Assembly (NCBI GenBank): GCA_964106645.2
Contig: OZ067049.1
DNA from: Podarcis pityusensis
Lineage: Eukaryota
DNA: 64,000 nt
Reading direction: 5' to 3' (one strand)
Shown here one piece after another: positions 38,884 to 51,181 of the stretch. The notes below the pieces were generated by a model. That model was not told the DNA's origin. It searched no databases and saw only the letters and a program-made list of their open reading frames with translations. How positions within the stretch are numbered: the first letter of the stretch is position 1; each line of letters opens with the position of its first letter. A program made the position numbers and the translations under genes.

Positions 38884-39700
38884 TGTTTTATTCAACGATA
38901 GCAGTATCGAGTTTACATCTATCGCTGTGTGCTCTTCTCACAGGAAGGCAAGTGTATTCAAGAATGCTTCTGAGTTTCAGCTCAGAGCTATATGGAATCT
39001 TGAATTCCAGTGTTATCAACAATTGCAGCATTACACCAATGGGGGAAAACTAGGCGTAATGAGGAGAACTGGCAGGTCAGGAACAGGAACAAAAACACAT
39101 TGCCTCATCTTTATAATAGTGTCACTCATAACAGCAAGCAGCCACATCTACGAAACAAGCTGAGGGCACTCTTTTCTGACCTGCCATACTTAGCGAAACA
39201 GGCAGCTTTTCATATTTCTTAAAAGCATGCAGGATTAACATTGCAGTGGTTCTGTAAATGGCTTCTGGGGCCTTTGTCTCCTTTTGCTGGGGGAATAAGA
39301 AACAAAAACAAACTTTGAGAATGGTAATGCCTTTGTTTACTGAGTATACAAAGTGTTCCTTGGCTAATGTGCCTCGAAAAATGATGATGATGATTTTATT
39401 ATTTATACCCCACCCATCTAGCTGGGTTTCCCCAGCCACTCTGAGTGGCTTACAGCATATCTAAAAACATAAAGGTGTGCCACAATTACATGGCAAGGGT
39501 TCTGGGGTGGAGGGGGAAGCACCTATTTTGGAAAGTGAGCCCTAAAGCAATAAAACGGAGGAGGAGAAAGTAGATACAAAGAAGTGATGGAAAGTAATAG
39601 CAAGCATGTACACAAGGAACCATATTTCCAGACTGACCCCAAGCTCCTCGCATTGCGTGGCTTGGAGTGTAGGCATTGTTTGGTCAACGAAAGGCACATA

Positions 39701-39990
39701 CCGTATTTTTCCATGTGTAAGACGATATATTTTCCTTAGAAATGATTGGCAGAAATCATGGGTCGTCTTATACACGGATAGCCGTGGGGGAACGGGCGAT
39801 TGATGTCAGCAGCCAGCAGGAGATTTGCAGTGGTGATTGGGCGTGTGATTGGTTGCTGCAGCAAGGCCTGCTGCTGATTGGCTGTGGCTGCAGCAATTGG
39901 GTGGGCTATTTACGGCAGCGGCGATGCATGAGTGCAATTGGCTGTGGTTGCATTGAGTGTTCCAGGTTGGGTTTCTGTGTTAGTATGACT
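39701..39990. mobile_element. Tc2/pogo-like element, single end
   Basis: TA-CCGTATTTTTCCATGTGTAAGACG terminus; second TIR not found. Confidence 0.6.
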
Positions 39991-40028
39991 ATTTGTGAGA
40001 CAATTAGAGACAGGAACATAGCTACTCC

Positions 40029-40218
40029 AAAGGGCGCCAACTTGAATAAAATATTGAGGGGAGGGCAGGTAAGCCCCACCCCACATAATTGATCACATGA
40101 CATGGCACATGCACACCATTTGAATGACATTTCCCATCAACTTTGGGGGGGCCTGGGCCCCTCAAATATTTTATTGGGGGGCTGAAGGGATCTCGGCCCA
40201 CAGGAGTTGGCATTTATG
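40029..40218. mobile_element. hAT MITE
   Basis: 8-bp TSD GCTACTCC (40021-40028 / 40219-40226); subterminal GCCAACT / AGTTGGC. Confidence 0.75.
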
Positions 40219-40370
40219 GCTACTCCTAGGATCCACCACTGACTTTCCTTAATGTGGAAGATACACTTTTGGAGCCTGGGCACAAGGCAAAAACAATGGC
40301 CCATTCTCACAGTGTTCTAACAGATGCCTGCGGAAAACTGGCACAAAGGACCCAAGCACAAGAGCTCTCC

Positions 40371-40883
40371 TATCAGGGACCATGCTGAGAAGGGCTGCAC
40401 TGAGGAGGAATGGTGGGAGCCTCCTCCTTGCTCCTGATCAGGATCCTGAATCTTTCCAGGAGCAGGAGGACAGTATAGATTTGGAACAGTGGTTTGCAGA
40501 GGGACATAGTTCAGAAGACAGAAGCTGGGAAGTACTGGGTGGGGAACAGCTAGGAGAAGAATAACTGGGAGAGAGTGAGTTAACAGACTCCCTTTTGCTG
40601 GAAAGTGTCCATCCGCTCAGTCCAAGGTCAAGGAGAGCAGATAAGGTGGCTGCACAGAAAGCACAATGGTTGCGAGATCAGGTTGCAAAACGCGGAAGTG
40701 ACAGGGGAGACTAGGGGGGGAGTGAGTGGAAACCTTAATTAGGAGCACCTTCATTCCTAGAAATGGATTCTTTGTTCTCTCACTGTAACCATTAAAGTTC
40801 TAACTGGTAAGAGACCCCTTTCGTTTTGTTCTGCTTATCTACAGCCAATTGGGGGGAGGACGCCAAGTCCCAGAAGCCTGACA
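40371..40883 (+). mobile_element. Solo LTR (Gypsy-like) inserted in a CR1 3' fragment
   Basis: TATCAGG...CCTGACA termini, TSD TCTCC (40366-40370 / 40884-40888), ATTAAA near 40791; CR1-like sequence continues on both sides. Confidence 0.75.
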
Positions 40884-41651
40884 TCTCCTCCCTTGGGACT
40901 TCTAGCAACTGCTATTCAGATATCTTCTGGCCTTTGACCATGGAGGCAGAGGAAAAGCTAACATGCATCATTATATCACTTTGCCAATGCCAATTTCACC
41001 CATGCATGTATCCCTCAATTTATTCTCATGCCTTCTGCATACAAAGCTCCATCCCCAAGCTCCATCTACTCCTCACATAGGAAATGCATTGAGAGCACAT
41101 GTCAGGTGAACCCTGTAGCATCTCCCTATCGTCATTCTTTGATAATGCATGAGCAATTCCATAAGCATTTGGACTCGTCACATACTGGGATCGCCATGGG
41201 ACTGTAGACACCATCAAGCTTATTAAATCTCCTTGCCCTTGAGCTCTGAAGAATGACAGGAGGCAACCCTGTTTGAAGGCACAGGAAATCAATATAAGTA
41301 GTTGACAATCAAATTTGTCCCAACTTCATTCAAATAATGGAGAGAAAGCAGAAAGTTACACTCATTGGCTTTCTCCCCCAGGGGGAGGGGGGTTAATCAT
41401 GAACAGGGAAATGTGGAGGTGGAACTAAGCTGACTGGGTGAGAACGTAGCAACGTCGTCATTACTTTAAAAGTAAATACAGGAAATTAAACTGACTGATG
41501 AAAGGTAAGGGCATGAAAAAACGAAGCATCAGGAGAAGAGCAATTAAGGCATCATAAGAAAACAAATAGGGAATAAAAGGGAGGGGGACAGAGAGTAATG
41601 CATAAAGCAGATCTCTAGTTTCATTACATTCTCATAAGTATTTGTGACTAA

Positions 41652-41990
41652 GTAATAATAATAATAATAATAAGCAACTTTTATTTGTATCCCACCCTCT
41701 GTGGCCAAGACCGGGCTCCGGGCAGCTAACATCAAATATAAACATTGATATAAAAATCAAACAATAATTAAATCATAATTAAATCACATCTTAAAAACAA
41801 GTCAGGAAAAAAATTAAAATCTGAATTAGAAGGCTTTCCTCAGGATTTGGGTTGGGAACAGTAAACGCTCATCAGGCCCAACTGTGTATGTTGATCTTAT
41901 ATGGGCCTGTGAAAATGCTGGGAGGCCTCTTTCGTACTAGTTCTTATACTAAAAGGGAAGGGGAGTCAGGCTGAGCCCTGACCAAACCCT
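41652..41990 (-). mobile_element. L2-type LINE 3' end
   Basis: (AAT)n followed by TTTATTTGTATCCCACCCTC...CTCCGGGCAGCTAACA; related to 50803-51163. Confidence 0.6.
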
Positions 41991-42354
41991 CCATAAGTTA
42001 TTTATTTATTGCATTTATTTCCCCCACATTCTTTTTCAAAGAACACAAGGTGGCATACTAAGTCACTGGCGCTAATGCTATTTTTCCTAGAAAAAAGAGG
42101 TGCCGGAAATCACCACGAACATCTTCTCTTAGAATGGCAATGGCACCCACCTGAGAGGTACCGCTCCTCATTTAATTCCCACAACAGCCCTGTAAGGTAG
42201 ATTAGCCTGAGAGGCAGTGTCTGGCCCAAAGTCACCCAGTGAGCCTAATGGCTGAATGGGGATTATGAACTCTGGTCTCTCAGGTCCTAGTCCAACATTC
42301 TAACTACGACACCACAGTGGCCCTCAGTTGACAGTAGCATGGAATAAGTAGGCA

Positions 42355-42615
42355 AAAAGAAGAAGGAGGAGGAGGAGGAGGAGGGGAGTTTGGACTTGAT
42401 GTCCTGCTTTATCACTACCCTAAGGAGCCTCAAAGCAGCTAACAATCTCCTTTTCCCTTCCTCCCCCACAACAAACACCCTGTGAGGTGAGTGGGGCTGA
42501 GAGACTTCAGAGAAGTGTGACTAGCCCAAGGTCACCCAGCATGTGGAGGAGTGGGGAAGCGAACCCGGTTCACCAGATTACAAGTCCACCACCCCTAACC
42601 AGTACACCACACTGG
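42355..42615 (-). mobile_element. Squam2-like SINE; an older MIR-like SINE is adjacent at about 42165-42320
   Basis: High similarity to 28256-28508. Confidence 0.8.
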
Positions 42616-43179
42616 GGAACCCAAAAACAGGACTTTCCAGAATCCAAGCAGATGCTGGGCTTGGCTTCTTTGTTCTGGTATGCCACACTTAAAATGGGGC
42701 ACTTGTGGAGTACAATATAACGAGTTGGCTGTGGTTCTGATTTTCATCAGAAAATCAGATTTTAACAGTATTCAAATTTGTTTTCATGCAGGTCAGTCCT
42801 TTGGATAGCTTATAATGATATAAGAAAATGGACAGCACCATGCAGAAGTCAGTCATGAAATCAGTAAATTCTTCCTGAAATAAGGAAGAAATAATGCTAC
42901 AGTTAACAAAACAAACCCATGCATATCTACTCAGATGGAAATCTAACTGAATTCAATGGTATTTATTCCCAATGGAGTGAAAATAAGATTATAGCCTAAG
43001 TAAAAGAAACAGCTGGTCATTTATAGGGAAAATTACCATATAGTTGGCTGACTAATATACTGTAGATAGCGGTGAAATTAAATTTTTATATAGCCTAACA
43101 AAATTTAAGACAGGTTCAGGTAGGGATACATGAGGTCTCAGGATATGGTCTGATGGCACAGACGAGGCCACAGCCTTGC

Positions 43180-43265
43180 TAATTCTAAGCAGGTCTGGGT
43201 CTGGTCAGTGCTTGGAGACCACAGGGTTGCTGCCTTTGGTTTTCATGATGGAAGAAAAGCAGGAT
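43180..43265 (+). mobile_element. 5S rRNA-derived SINE-like fragment
   Basis: CTAAGCAGGTCTGGGTCTGGTCAGTGCTTGGAGACC resembles the 5S internal control region CTAAGCAGGGTCGGGCCTGGTTAGTACTTGGATGGGAGACC. Confidence 0.6.
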
Positions 43266-44956
43266 GTGGGTTTTCGAAAATAAATAAGAAAGATTTATAT
43301 GATCTGAAGAGAAACCAGAGTAATAAATAAGGGGTTGTCTCAAAGCAAGTTATGCTAACAGCAGATCCATCAAAATCAATGAACTTAACTCCATTGATTT
43401 CAATAGGTTTGCCTGGAGTAGGACGAAATAAATGAGCATCCCTTGGTTTGATCTCCCATCAGCCCCATCTCCTATCAGCCAACAGCTGGGGAAGATGGGA
43501 GTTGTGGTCCTTCAACGTCTGGTGGGGTGTCACAGGTTCCCCATCTCTGGAGTAGACAAAGTTGAGCCAGGTGGACAAAAGGTTTGACAGTGTGGGGTAA
43601 TTTCATATGCTCAAACCATGTACACTTCCCAGAGTGCTTGAGCAAGAAGGAGATAAAAGTGAAATTAGTAATATTTCTCTTCTTCTGCACACATCCATTG
43701 AATTATTTCCCCTTCTTCAGAGGTAATATTTGTTTTAAACACATATTTATGGGGGATAGTGTACAAAAACCACTCAAATAACATACAGCTATCAATGAAA
43801 ACAGAAAAAGAAAATAATAAAAACAGATAGATCTGTATCATGATTGCTTCATTTCCCCATTTTCTGACATTTCCATCTTTCTTCCTTAAACATTTTGCTG
43901 CCTATCTGATCCAATGAAATCATTATTCAACTGTTATATTTAAAGAGGTGTTACCTAGCTAAAGTCATTAATATTAATCCATTGGAAATTTTGTACTTTG
44001 CAATTATTTCCTTTCTTCCAACCCATCTTGCCCTCCTTCCCTTTTACTTTACTAAATATGTTTTGTTGGTTTTAACTTTATAGTATAAGATTACACTGAC
44101 AGTGCAGAGGGAAAGTTATTTTGCTGTTGCTGTTCAGCACTAAGCAATTTTCGGTGCTTTGCTTTGACAACTCTATTGAGGTTATTAATACTGCACATAT
44201 GGAAGCAAATTGGATGAATAAAAGCTGACTTTTAAAAATTGTTTAGCACAAAAATATGGTTCAAAAGCGTTAGTACAGAACTTTACTCCAAAACAACTTG
44301 AAACAAATAAAGTTACTTTCAGATAGATGCATAATATCTTACGCTGATCCCAGCACAGGTAAAATATCTTAGATTATTGATATCTTACACCCAGAGCTAA
44401 AAAATCAAAGCTCTGCCTATCTTCCAGCTTTGAAACAACCTCTGGTGAGGATTTTGATTTGTCTCTTCAGCAGTGGCTGAAAAGTAAACTTTTCAAAGCT
44501 ACTGATCCCGGAAGGAAATGTTACACTTCCCTGCTCTGTGTTACATAAGACAACTCACCATTAGAGTAACTATATGTCAAAATCGTAAAGAACCCTTCTT
44601 ATTTTTAGATCTGTTGCTCATACTTCAATGAGAATATTCACTGCCTGGAGCAGTTCCTGTATGTATGTATGAATGAATGAATGAATGAATGATGGTATCT
44701 TAACAGCATAACAGAATGCAGGATGATTCAGAAATCGGAACTCAGTGTAGTTTGATTCGAAATAATCCAAGAGACGCTGGAGGTGGGGGGGGGAGAAGAC
44801 TTCATATTTTTAGCTAAACATCGCTTTGTTTCAAACACACATTCAAGATATTTTCAAATGTCAAAAGATTAATATTTCACAAAGAACTTAGTATTTAATA
44901 TACCCACTTCATATTTCTAATAAATTGAGTGTTAAATGGCTTCCTAAGGTTAGGGT

Positions 44957-45313
44957 GGGACGCGGGTGGTGCTGTGGGTTAAACCACAGAGCCTAGGACT
45001 TGCCGATCAGAAGGTCGGCGGTTCGAATCCCCGTGATGGGGTGAGCTCCCATTGCTTGGTCCCTGCTCCTGCCAACCTAGCAGTTCGAAAGCACATCAAA
45101 GTGCAAGTAGATAAATAGGTACTGCTCCAGCGGGAAGGTAAACGGCGTTTCCATGCGCTGCTCTGGTTCACCAGAAGCGGCTTAGTCATGCTGGCCGCAT
45201 GACCCGGAAGCTGTACGCCGGCTCCCTCGGCCAGTAAAGCGAGATGAGCGCCGCAACCCCAGAGTCGGCCACGACTAGACCTAATGGTCAGGGGTCCCTT
45301 TACCTTTACCTTT
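44957..45313 (+). mobile_element. Full-length Sauria SINE
   Basis: tRNA-like head with B box GGTTCGAATCC, (ACCTTT)n tail, perfect 12-bp TSD TAAGGTTAGGGT (44945-44956 / 45314-45325). Confidence 0.93.
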
Positions 45314-45774
45314 TAAGGTTAGGGTTGCCCAGTGGTGGAGCTTCCTGGTGTTCCAGGTTCTAGCCCCACTCTGGCTCTCCTAGAAGCCATATACTTCTTG
45401 GAAACCTTGTTTAGTTGGACTGCAGTCATTCTGTATGTGGCAAAGATGAGCACTTTGAAGTGGAAACAGTATACATTGCAAAGGAATAATAAAAAATCCA
45501 AGCCATTTTATGTAAATATGTACATTTTCTACAATTAATGCAATACATGGCATGATTGAAAATGAACAAAACAGTGTCATCCACTTTGCACTTAAACTTT
45601 GCACAATCTGCTTGAAACTTCTACTGTGAAACTCCTTAAAATCACACTGGAGCTATGCAAAGGAGGAGGTTGTTTTCATTATAAACTGAATGCCTGATGC
45701 TGAATATGATGATTTGCCACTAAAAGCATAAAACTTCTTGGTGGTGTGTGATTTTCTGCCTATGTTTCAAGCTA

Positions 45775-46032
45775 CAGTGGTACCTCGGGTTAAGTACTTA
45801 ATTTGTTCTGGAGGTTTGTTCTTAACCTGAAACTGTTCTTAACCTGAAGCACCACTTTAGCTAATGGGGCCTCCTCCTGCCGCCACATCACCACTGCACG
45901 ATTTCTGTTCTCATCCTGAAGCAAAGTTCTTAACCCGAGGTACTATTTCTTGGTTAGCGGAGTCTGTAACCTGAAGCGTATGTAACCTGAAGCGTATGTA
46001 ACCTGAAGCGTATGTAACCTGAGGTACCACTG
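45775..46032. mobile_element. Tc1/mariner (Tigger-like) MITE
   Basis: TIR CAGTGGTACCTC / GAGGTACCACTG, TA TSD, internal 17-bp repeats TAACCTGAAGCGTATG. Confidence 0.9.
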
Positions 46033-46183
46033 TATATGCAATGGAAAACGTCTTTTGAAACCATGATTTGCCCAACACTGCATTGTTAAAACAAGTGATA
46101 CTTGATTCAGATCTCTGTTGACTGTGTATGGAATGATTCTAGGTAATGCAAAACAAACTTGCCAGAAATATTCCCATCAATGC

Positions 46184-46186
<3 letters not shown>

Positions 46187-46224
<38 letters not shown>
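46187..46224. repeat. (TA)n microsatellite
   Basis: Direct reading. Confidence 0.95.
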
Positions 46225-46225
<1 letters not shown>

Positions 46226-46560
46226 CAGAGTAGCTTGGAGGCACAAGGGCATACATTGTCATTTAACATTGAACCAGAAAGAAGATCAGATAGAATATTT
46301 GCACAAAAGCCATAGCCAAAGGAATACAGGCTAAAACTCACAATCATTCCTCTCTTTCAAAGCCTGGGAAGAGTTTGTGGTCATTACTAACCTTTTGCAT
46401 TTCTCAAGTTTGAAAAATTAATTGATTCACCCACATGCTCTTATGGCTAGTTGGCAAAGAGGTGAACTATTTTTTCCCATAGTCAACAGTGTCAAGCTGT
46501 GAAGTTATTCATGTTGACATTACTCTTTTCTTTTTCGAAAAAAGAAAGAAAAGATAATGC

Positions 46561-46654
46561 CCTGGCAGGTCAAATTTGAAAAAAAGGTTGTCATAGATGC
46601 TGTGGAGCCTGGCAGGTCAAATTTGAAAAAAAGGTTGTCATAGATGCTGTGGAG
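46561..46654. repeat. Perfect 47-bp tandem duplication
   Basis: CCTGGCAGGTCAAATTTGAAAAAAAGGTTGTCATAGATGCTGTGGAG x2. Confidence 0.95.
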
Positions 46655-48309
46655 AAGAGCCTTTTTAAATTCCAGCCTGCATCCAGTGTACAGAATGATA
46701 GACAGGAAGCTCAAAAGGAAATTGCATCTTATGAACACCATTCTTATTCATTACAGTCAATGAAACTTTTGCCCCTGACTTTCCTGCATTTGGTTGAAAG
46801 CTTCTCTGTACACAATGTGTACCACATTGCTTGTTGTGGCTGTATCCTCCTCTCAGCAGCCTCAAACCTACCTCTAGGCAGCATATTCATTTAAGGCAAA
46901 TTAGCATCTATACTGGGCAGGTGTTGACACCCTGGGGGCAAAAAGATGGTTCGTGAACTAGTCTTGAATTTGCAGGTGATGATTTCCTTGTATCCTGGAT
47001 GACAGCACAGCAGATTAGCATTTAACCGAGGCACCTTGAGAGAACGGCAAACTAAAAGTTGTAGTAATAGCTGTATCCTCCAGAGTCCATTCTTCCTCCG
47101 GCTATAAAGAAGGAAGCTACATCTATTTGTGGTCTATTTAAGGGATGCTGTCTCCCATATGCATGCCACCACAGGTGGTGCTTCCCTCAGCAAAGTCTGG
47201 TAGAGGAAACAGCTTTCTTACCTTGGTTCCTCGTGGTAGAAGTACAATCTGTAGGAGTTATTGGGACCAGGGGAACTATAGGGGTGCTATAATAAATTTG
47301 GTGTTGCTGTTGATATATAGAAACCACACTGCAATGTTTAAACAAGGAAGGAAACGGACATCAGTTCTGTAAAAGAATTAGCAGTTGCCATTTGTGGTTG
47401 TGCGTTATTTGTTAAAGATGCCACACTCATAGATTCCATCCAAAGGAAGTCCATTGCACTGCTCAGAGTGTCCCTGCCTTCTGAAGTTAAGTTAGGCAGC
47501 TGCAGGGAATAGGGGATGAGCCGAAGGGAGACGCTTTTCAAACATTTCCAAGAGCATCAAAAGGGGCCTCTTTTTAAGCATTTATTATTATTATTATTAT
47601 TATTGTGTGAAACGAATGTGAAGATGTTCACCTATCAAGAGTGACGGCTTTGTTTGCCTTCAGTGACAGCAGCCCATACTGAAATATGATTGGTTGCACG
47701 ATAGCTTTGTCACAACATTCCATGATCCATGATTGGCTAGCATAATCTATCTAGTGGACCCCGGAAGCATGGCCCTATCTCTCCACTGGCCTTTTGCCCT
47801 CGATAATGTGATAGTATAGTAAACTGGCAGTGCAGCATCAGATGTTATTCCCTTCACTGCATGAACCCTAGTTGGCTGGGATTACTCATGTGGCTAATCA
47901 AGGAAGACAAAAATGCAGTGATGAGAAGATGGAATATGAGGCCAAAAAATTAATAATTGTGGAGATAGGAACAATGGGAGCAAACAGGATAGGGGAACAA
48001 GGAATGTTTTTGCACGTACTCTAGTATTGGGGAAAACACTACATCAAAATAAGAGAACATTTGGGGCACCACTTCAGTAGTTGCTCCCTCAATATGGAAC
48101 CTGCTTCTCAAAAAATTCTAATATTTATTTTTTTCACTAAGCACTCATAAGCCAGCCAACATGTGGTGTTTTTGCTCAGCTTTTCCTGATTATATATAGT
48201 CTAAGATATATAGATATTGCTTTTTAATTGGGCTGTGCTATTTTATCCTTACAGTCTGTGTCATTCTAATATGTCTAATGTTAAGCATGTAGGATTCTTA
48301 AGCAAGGGA

Positions 48310-48340
<31 letters not shown>

Positions 48341-50802
48341 TTCTGTAAATGAATCATCCATGTTCAGGTACAGTATATCTCTGAAGAAGAGATCCTGGGA
48401 ACACAGAATTGCAATCTTCTTGCTACCTGCTGAATTGCATGGACTTTGATCTGACCTACCAATACAATTGTTGGGTTATTATGACCAAATGGCTATATTG
48501 AAAGTAATCACACCATAATCATACATTCTAAAATTGCTCATTTTTTGTGGCACAGATGATGAAAGAAGACCATCTGCCACTATAAAAACCTATAAGAACG
48601 CACAATTATTTATTATCTGAGATGCAGGAAGGATTTTTCTCTTCTAAGGAAAAGGTTTGGAAGGTGAATGAGAAAAATGTTCTAGTTTTAATGAAGTAGA
48701 ACAAGAGAAAAACAGGCTGCATTATAGATCCTTGGTTTGTAGACCTAAATTCTAGGAATACCCTTTTTCTCCTTTGATGTGGTTCGACATGAAGTGTATA
48801 GATCATTTAGTATGCTTGTTTGGTGCATAAATTCCTCCGCTCATGAAAGGAATATCTCCTTCCCTTTAGCATCTAAATTATATATGAGGACATTGATAAA
48901 GGAAGATCTAATTCCTTCATTAAACAGTCAAGACCTTTGGCTGGCAATGAAAGAAGGGTCATCCATAGCAGGGCTGGGGAAGCTGCAGCTTTCTAGATGT
49001 TGTTAAACTCCAACTCCCATCAGCCCCTGGTAGCATGGCCAATGGTCTGGGGGTGATAGGAATTGTAGTGCAGCAACAACGGGGGGGGGGGATGGACACA
49101 GACTTCTCATCTCTGATCTATATATATAGTTCATTGGTATTAGCATTGACAATATACTCTATGAACACTTCCCCGGTGGAGAGTATATTTCAAAAACCAC
49201 ACTTGTAGCTAAAGCAGTAGAAGACAAGATGTTAATATCATTGTCTGACCTCCCAGTGGGTGAGTCATTGCTGCTTACCTGGAGGGAGAAGGGCAGGGTT
49301 AAGATGGTGTGGAGGGAGGTGCGGTGCAAACACACCAGCAGAGGCAGCAGATTAGCGCCACTGGTGTATTTGCACTGCACCAGCCACTCTACCACCTTGT
49401 CCCTCCCCGTCTCAGTAAGTAGGAGGGACTCACCTGCCAGGAGAACAGGTAAGCACCTCCAGCCCACCACATTGTTTGCTACTAGCCTGAAGTTATTAGC
49501 TCATGAAGTTACATATCTCCAGAAACCTCTCTCACTACTTTTGCCATTTTTCTGGACATTTATTGTTGGCTTGCAGATAGTTGCCTTTGTGATATTATCT
49601 TGTGTCGATTGCAGAAGTCATTGTATCACTGCCTTGTTTTATTGCTTATAGCACTGAGCAAGTCACCTTTTAAACAAGAAAAAAAACAACCACTTCTAGG
49701 ATGAGATTTTAGCTATATCACTGCAAGTCACAGTTTCATCACTGCAGCTGGAACACAACCATGGGATCAGAGCAAGCCTTTTTTGCAACAGGGAGACCTA
49801 ATTGCTTCCTCCTGAATCCTTCAAAAGCACCATCAAGCCTTTCATCCGTAACATCAAAATGAATTCTAGAAGATGCAAATGAAGAAAAAAAAAATCAAAT
49901 GTAAATTTCCCAATATTCTCTGATGTATATCATATATAGGCATGTGGGAAGGGGAGAATTGGTGCCAAATAGTTCATCATTCATTTCAGTGGTCCAAAGA
50001 ATACCAAGTCAGTTCCCAATGCATTGCCCTTCTCTGATGTACATTTCCCAGTCTACTTGAAACAAGCGCAGAGCTAGCAGCTGGCATCTGTCGTTTTTCA
50101 AAAGCTGCTCTGTTGTCATCAGCAGGAAAGAACCAATCATTTTAATAAGCCTATCAATGCAATTCTTTCTGCTGTGATTGCTATTGTTTCTTGCAGGTAT
50201 CGGATATTCTGAATCAAGCATGTCCATATCACTACTCATGCCTAATAAGAAGTAAGATCCACTGTGTTTAGTGGGGCTTCCTTCCAAGATCATAGCATTG
50301 CTTAAGTTAACAGAGTGTTGCGTAGGAATCCAATGCATTTTTGCTCAGAAGTGAGTTCATTGAGGTTCAGTGAGGATTACTTCCAGGTTCATAGGATTAG
50401 AGCTCTAAACTGGTGCTTTTACTTCTTGTGGGTGGGGTGGCAATGATCAAATCTGAGAATCCTGGGATTGTTTTGAATGCATGTCTGAATGCTTTAACTG
50501 GTCCATCAAAGCCATTCCTGGGGTGTGGCCGCTGTCGCATGCTGACAACTTCTATGAACCACAGGTGAGAGCTGAGTTCAGGTAGGGGGCCAAAGGTGGA
50601 CAAACTACCCCAGAAGGAGCATGATGTGTCCCCACCCGTGGTACTACCCCTGCCCTAATACCCCACACATTCCATGATATATTCTTCTGAATACTGTGGC
50701 TGGAATAATTCTGTGGCTGGAAACCACAGAAGAGGAGAGTGGCTTTTCTGCTTGGGACTTGCTTGTGGGCTTCCCTTAGGCAACAGGTTGGCAAAGACTT
50801 GG

Positions 50803-51163
50803 TTAATAATAATAATAAGTTTTATTTATACCCTGCCCTTCCCAGCCAAGACCAGGCTCAGGGAGGCTAACACCAGGTATAAAAACAATTGATTAAAATA
50901 CAACTTAAAAATAAGATTAAAATACAACATTAAAATGCAGCCTCATTTTAGTAGAAACTCAAATCAAAAACTTTTTGGGGATGAAAACGTCAAATCTTCA
51001 CCAAGGCCAACTATCGAGACTGGTCCTACGTGGGCCAGAAAAAAGCCAGGGAAGTCCCCAAATAGGAGTTCCATCACAGAAGGAGAAAGGAAAAAGGAAA
51101 GAGGGGAAGGGGATCAAGTTGATTCCAAGCCAAAGGCCAGGTGGAACAACTCTGTCTTACAGG
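50803..51163 (-). mobile_element. L2-type LINE 3' end
   Basis: (AAT)n followed by TTTATTTATACCCTGCCCTTCCC...CTCAGGGAGGCTAACA; related to 41652-41990. Confidence 0.65.
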
Positions 51164-51181
51164 AAAGCCTCTCCTCTTCAA

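Noticed and set aside
43180-43230. Functional 5S rRNA gene
   Set aside because: Only a diverged internal part matches, with a deletion in box C.
49333-49349. CTCF site CCAGCAGAGGCAGCA in the hairpin loop
   Set aside because: One G short of the core spacing (AGRKGGC), so a weak match.
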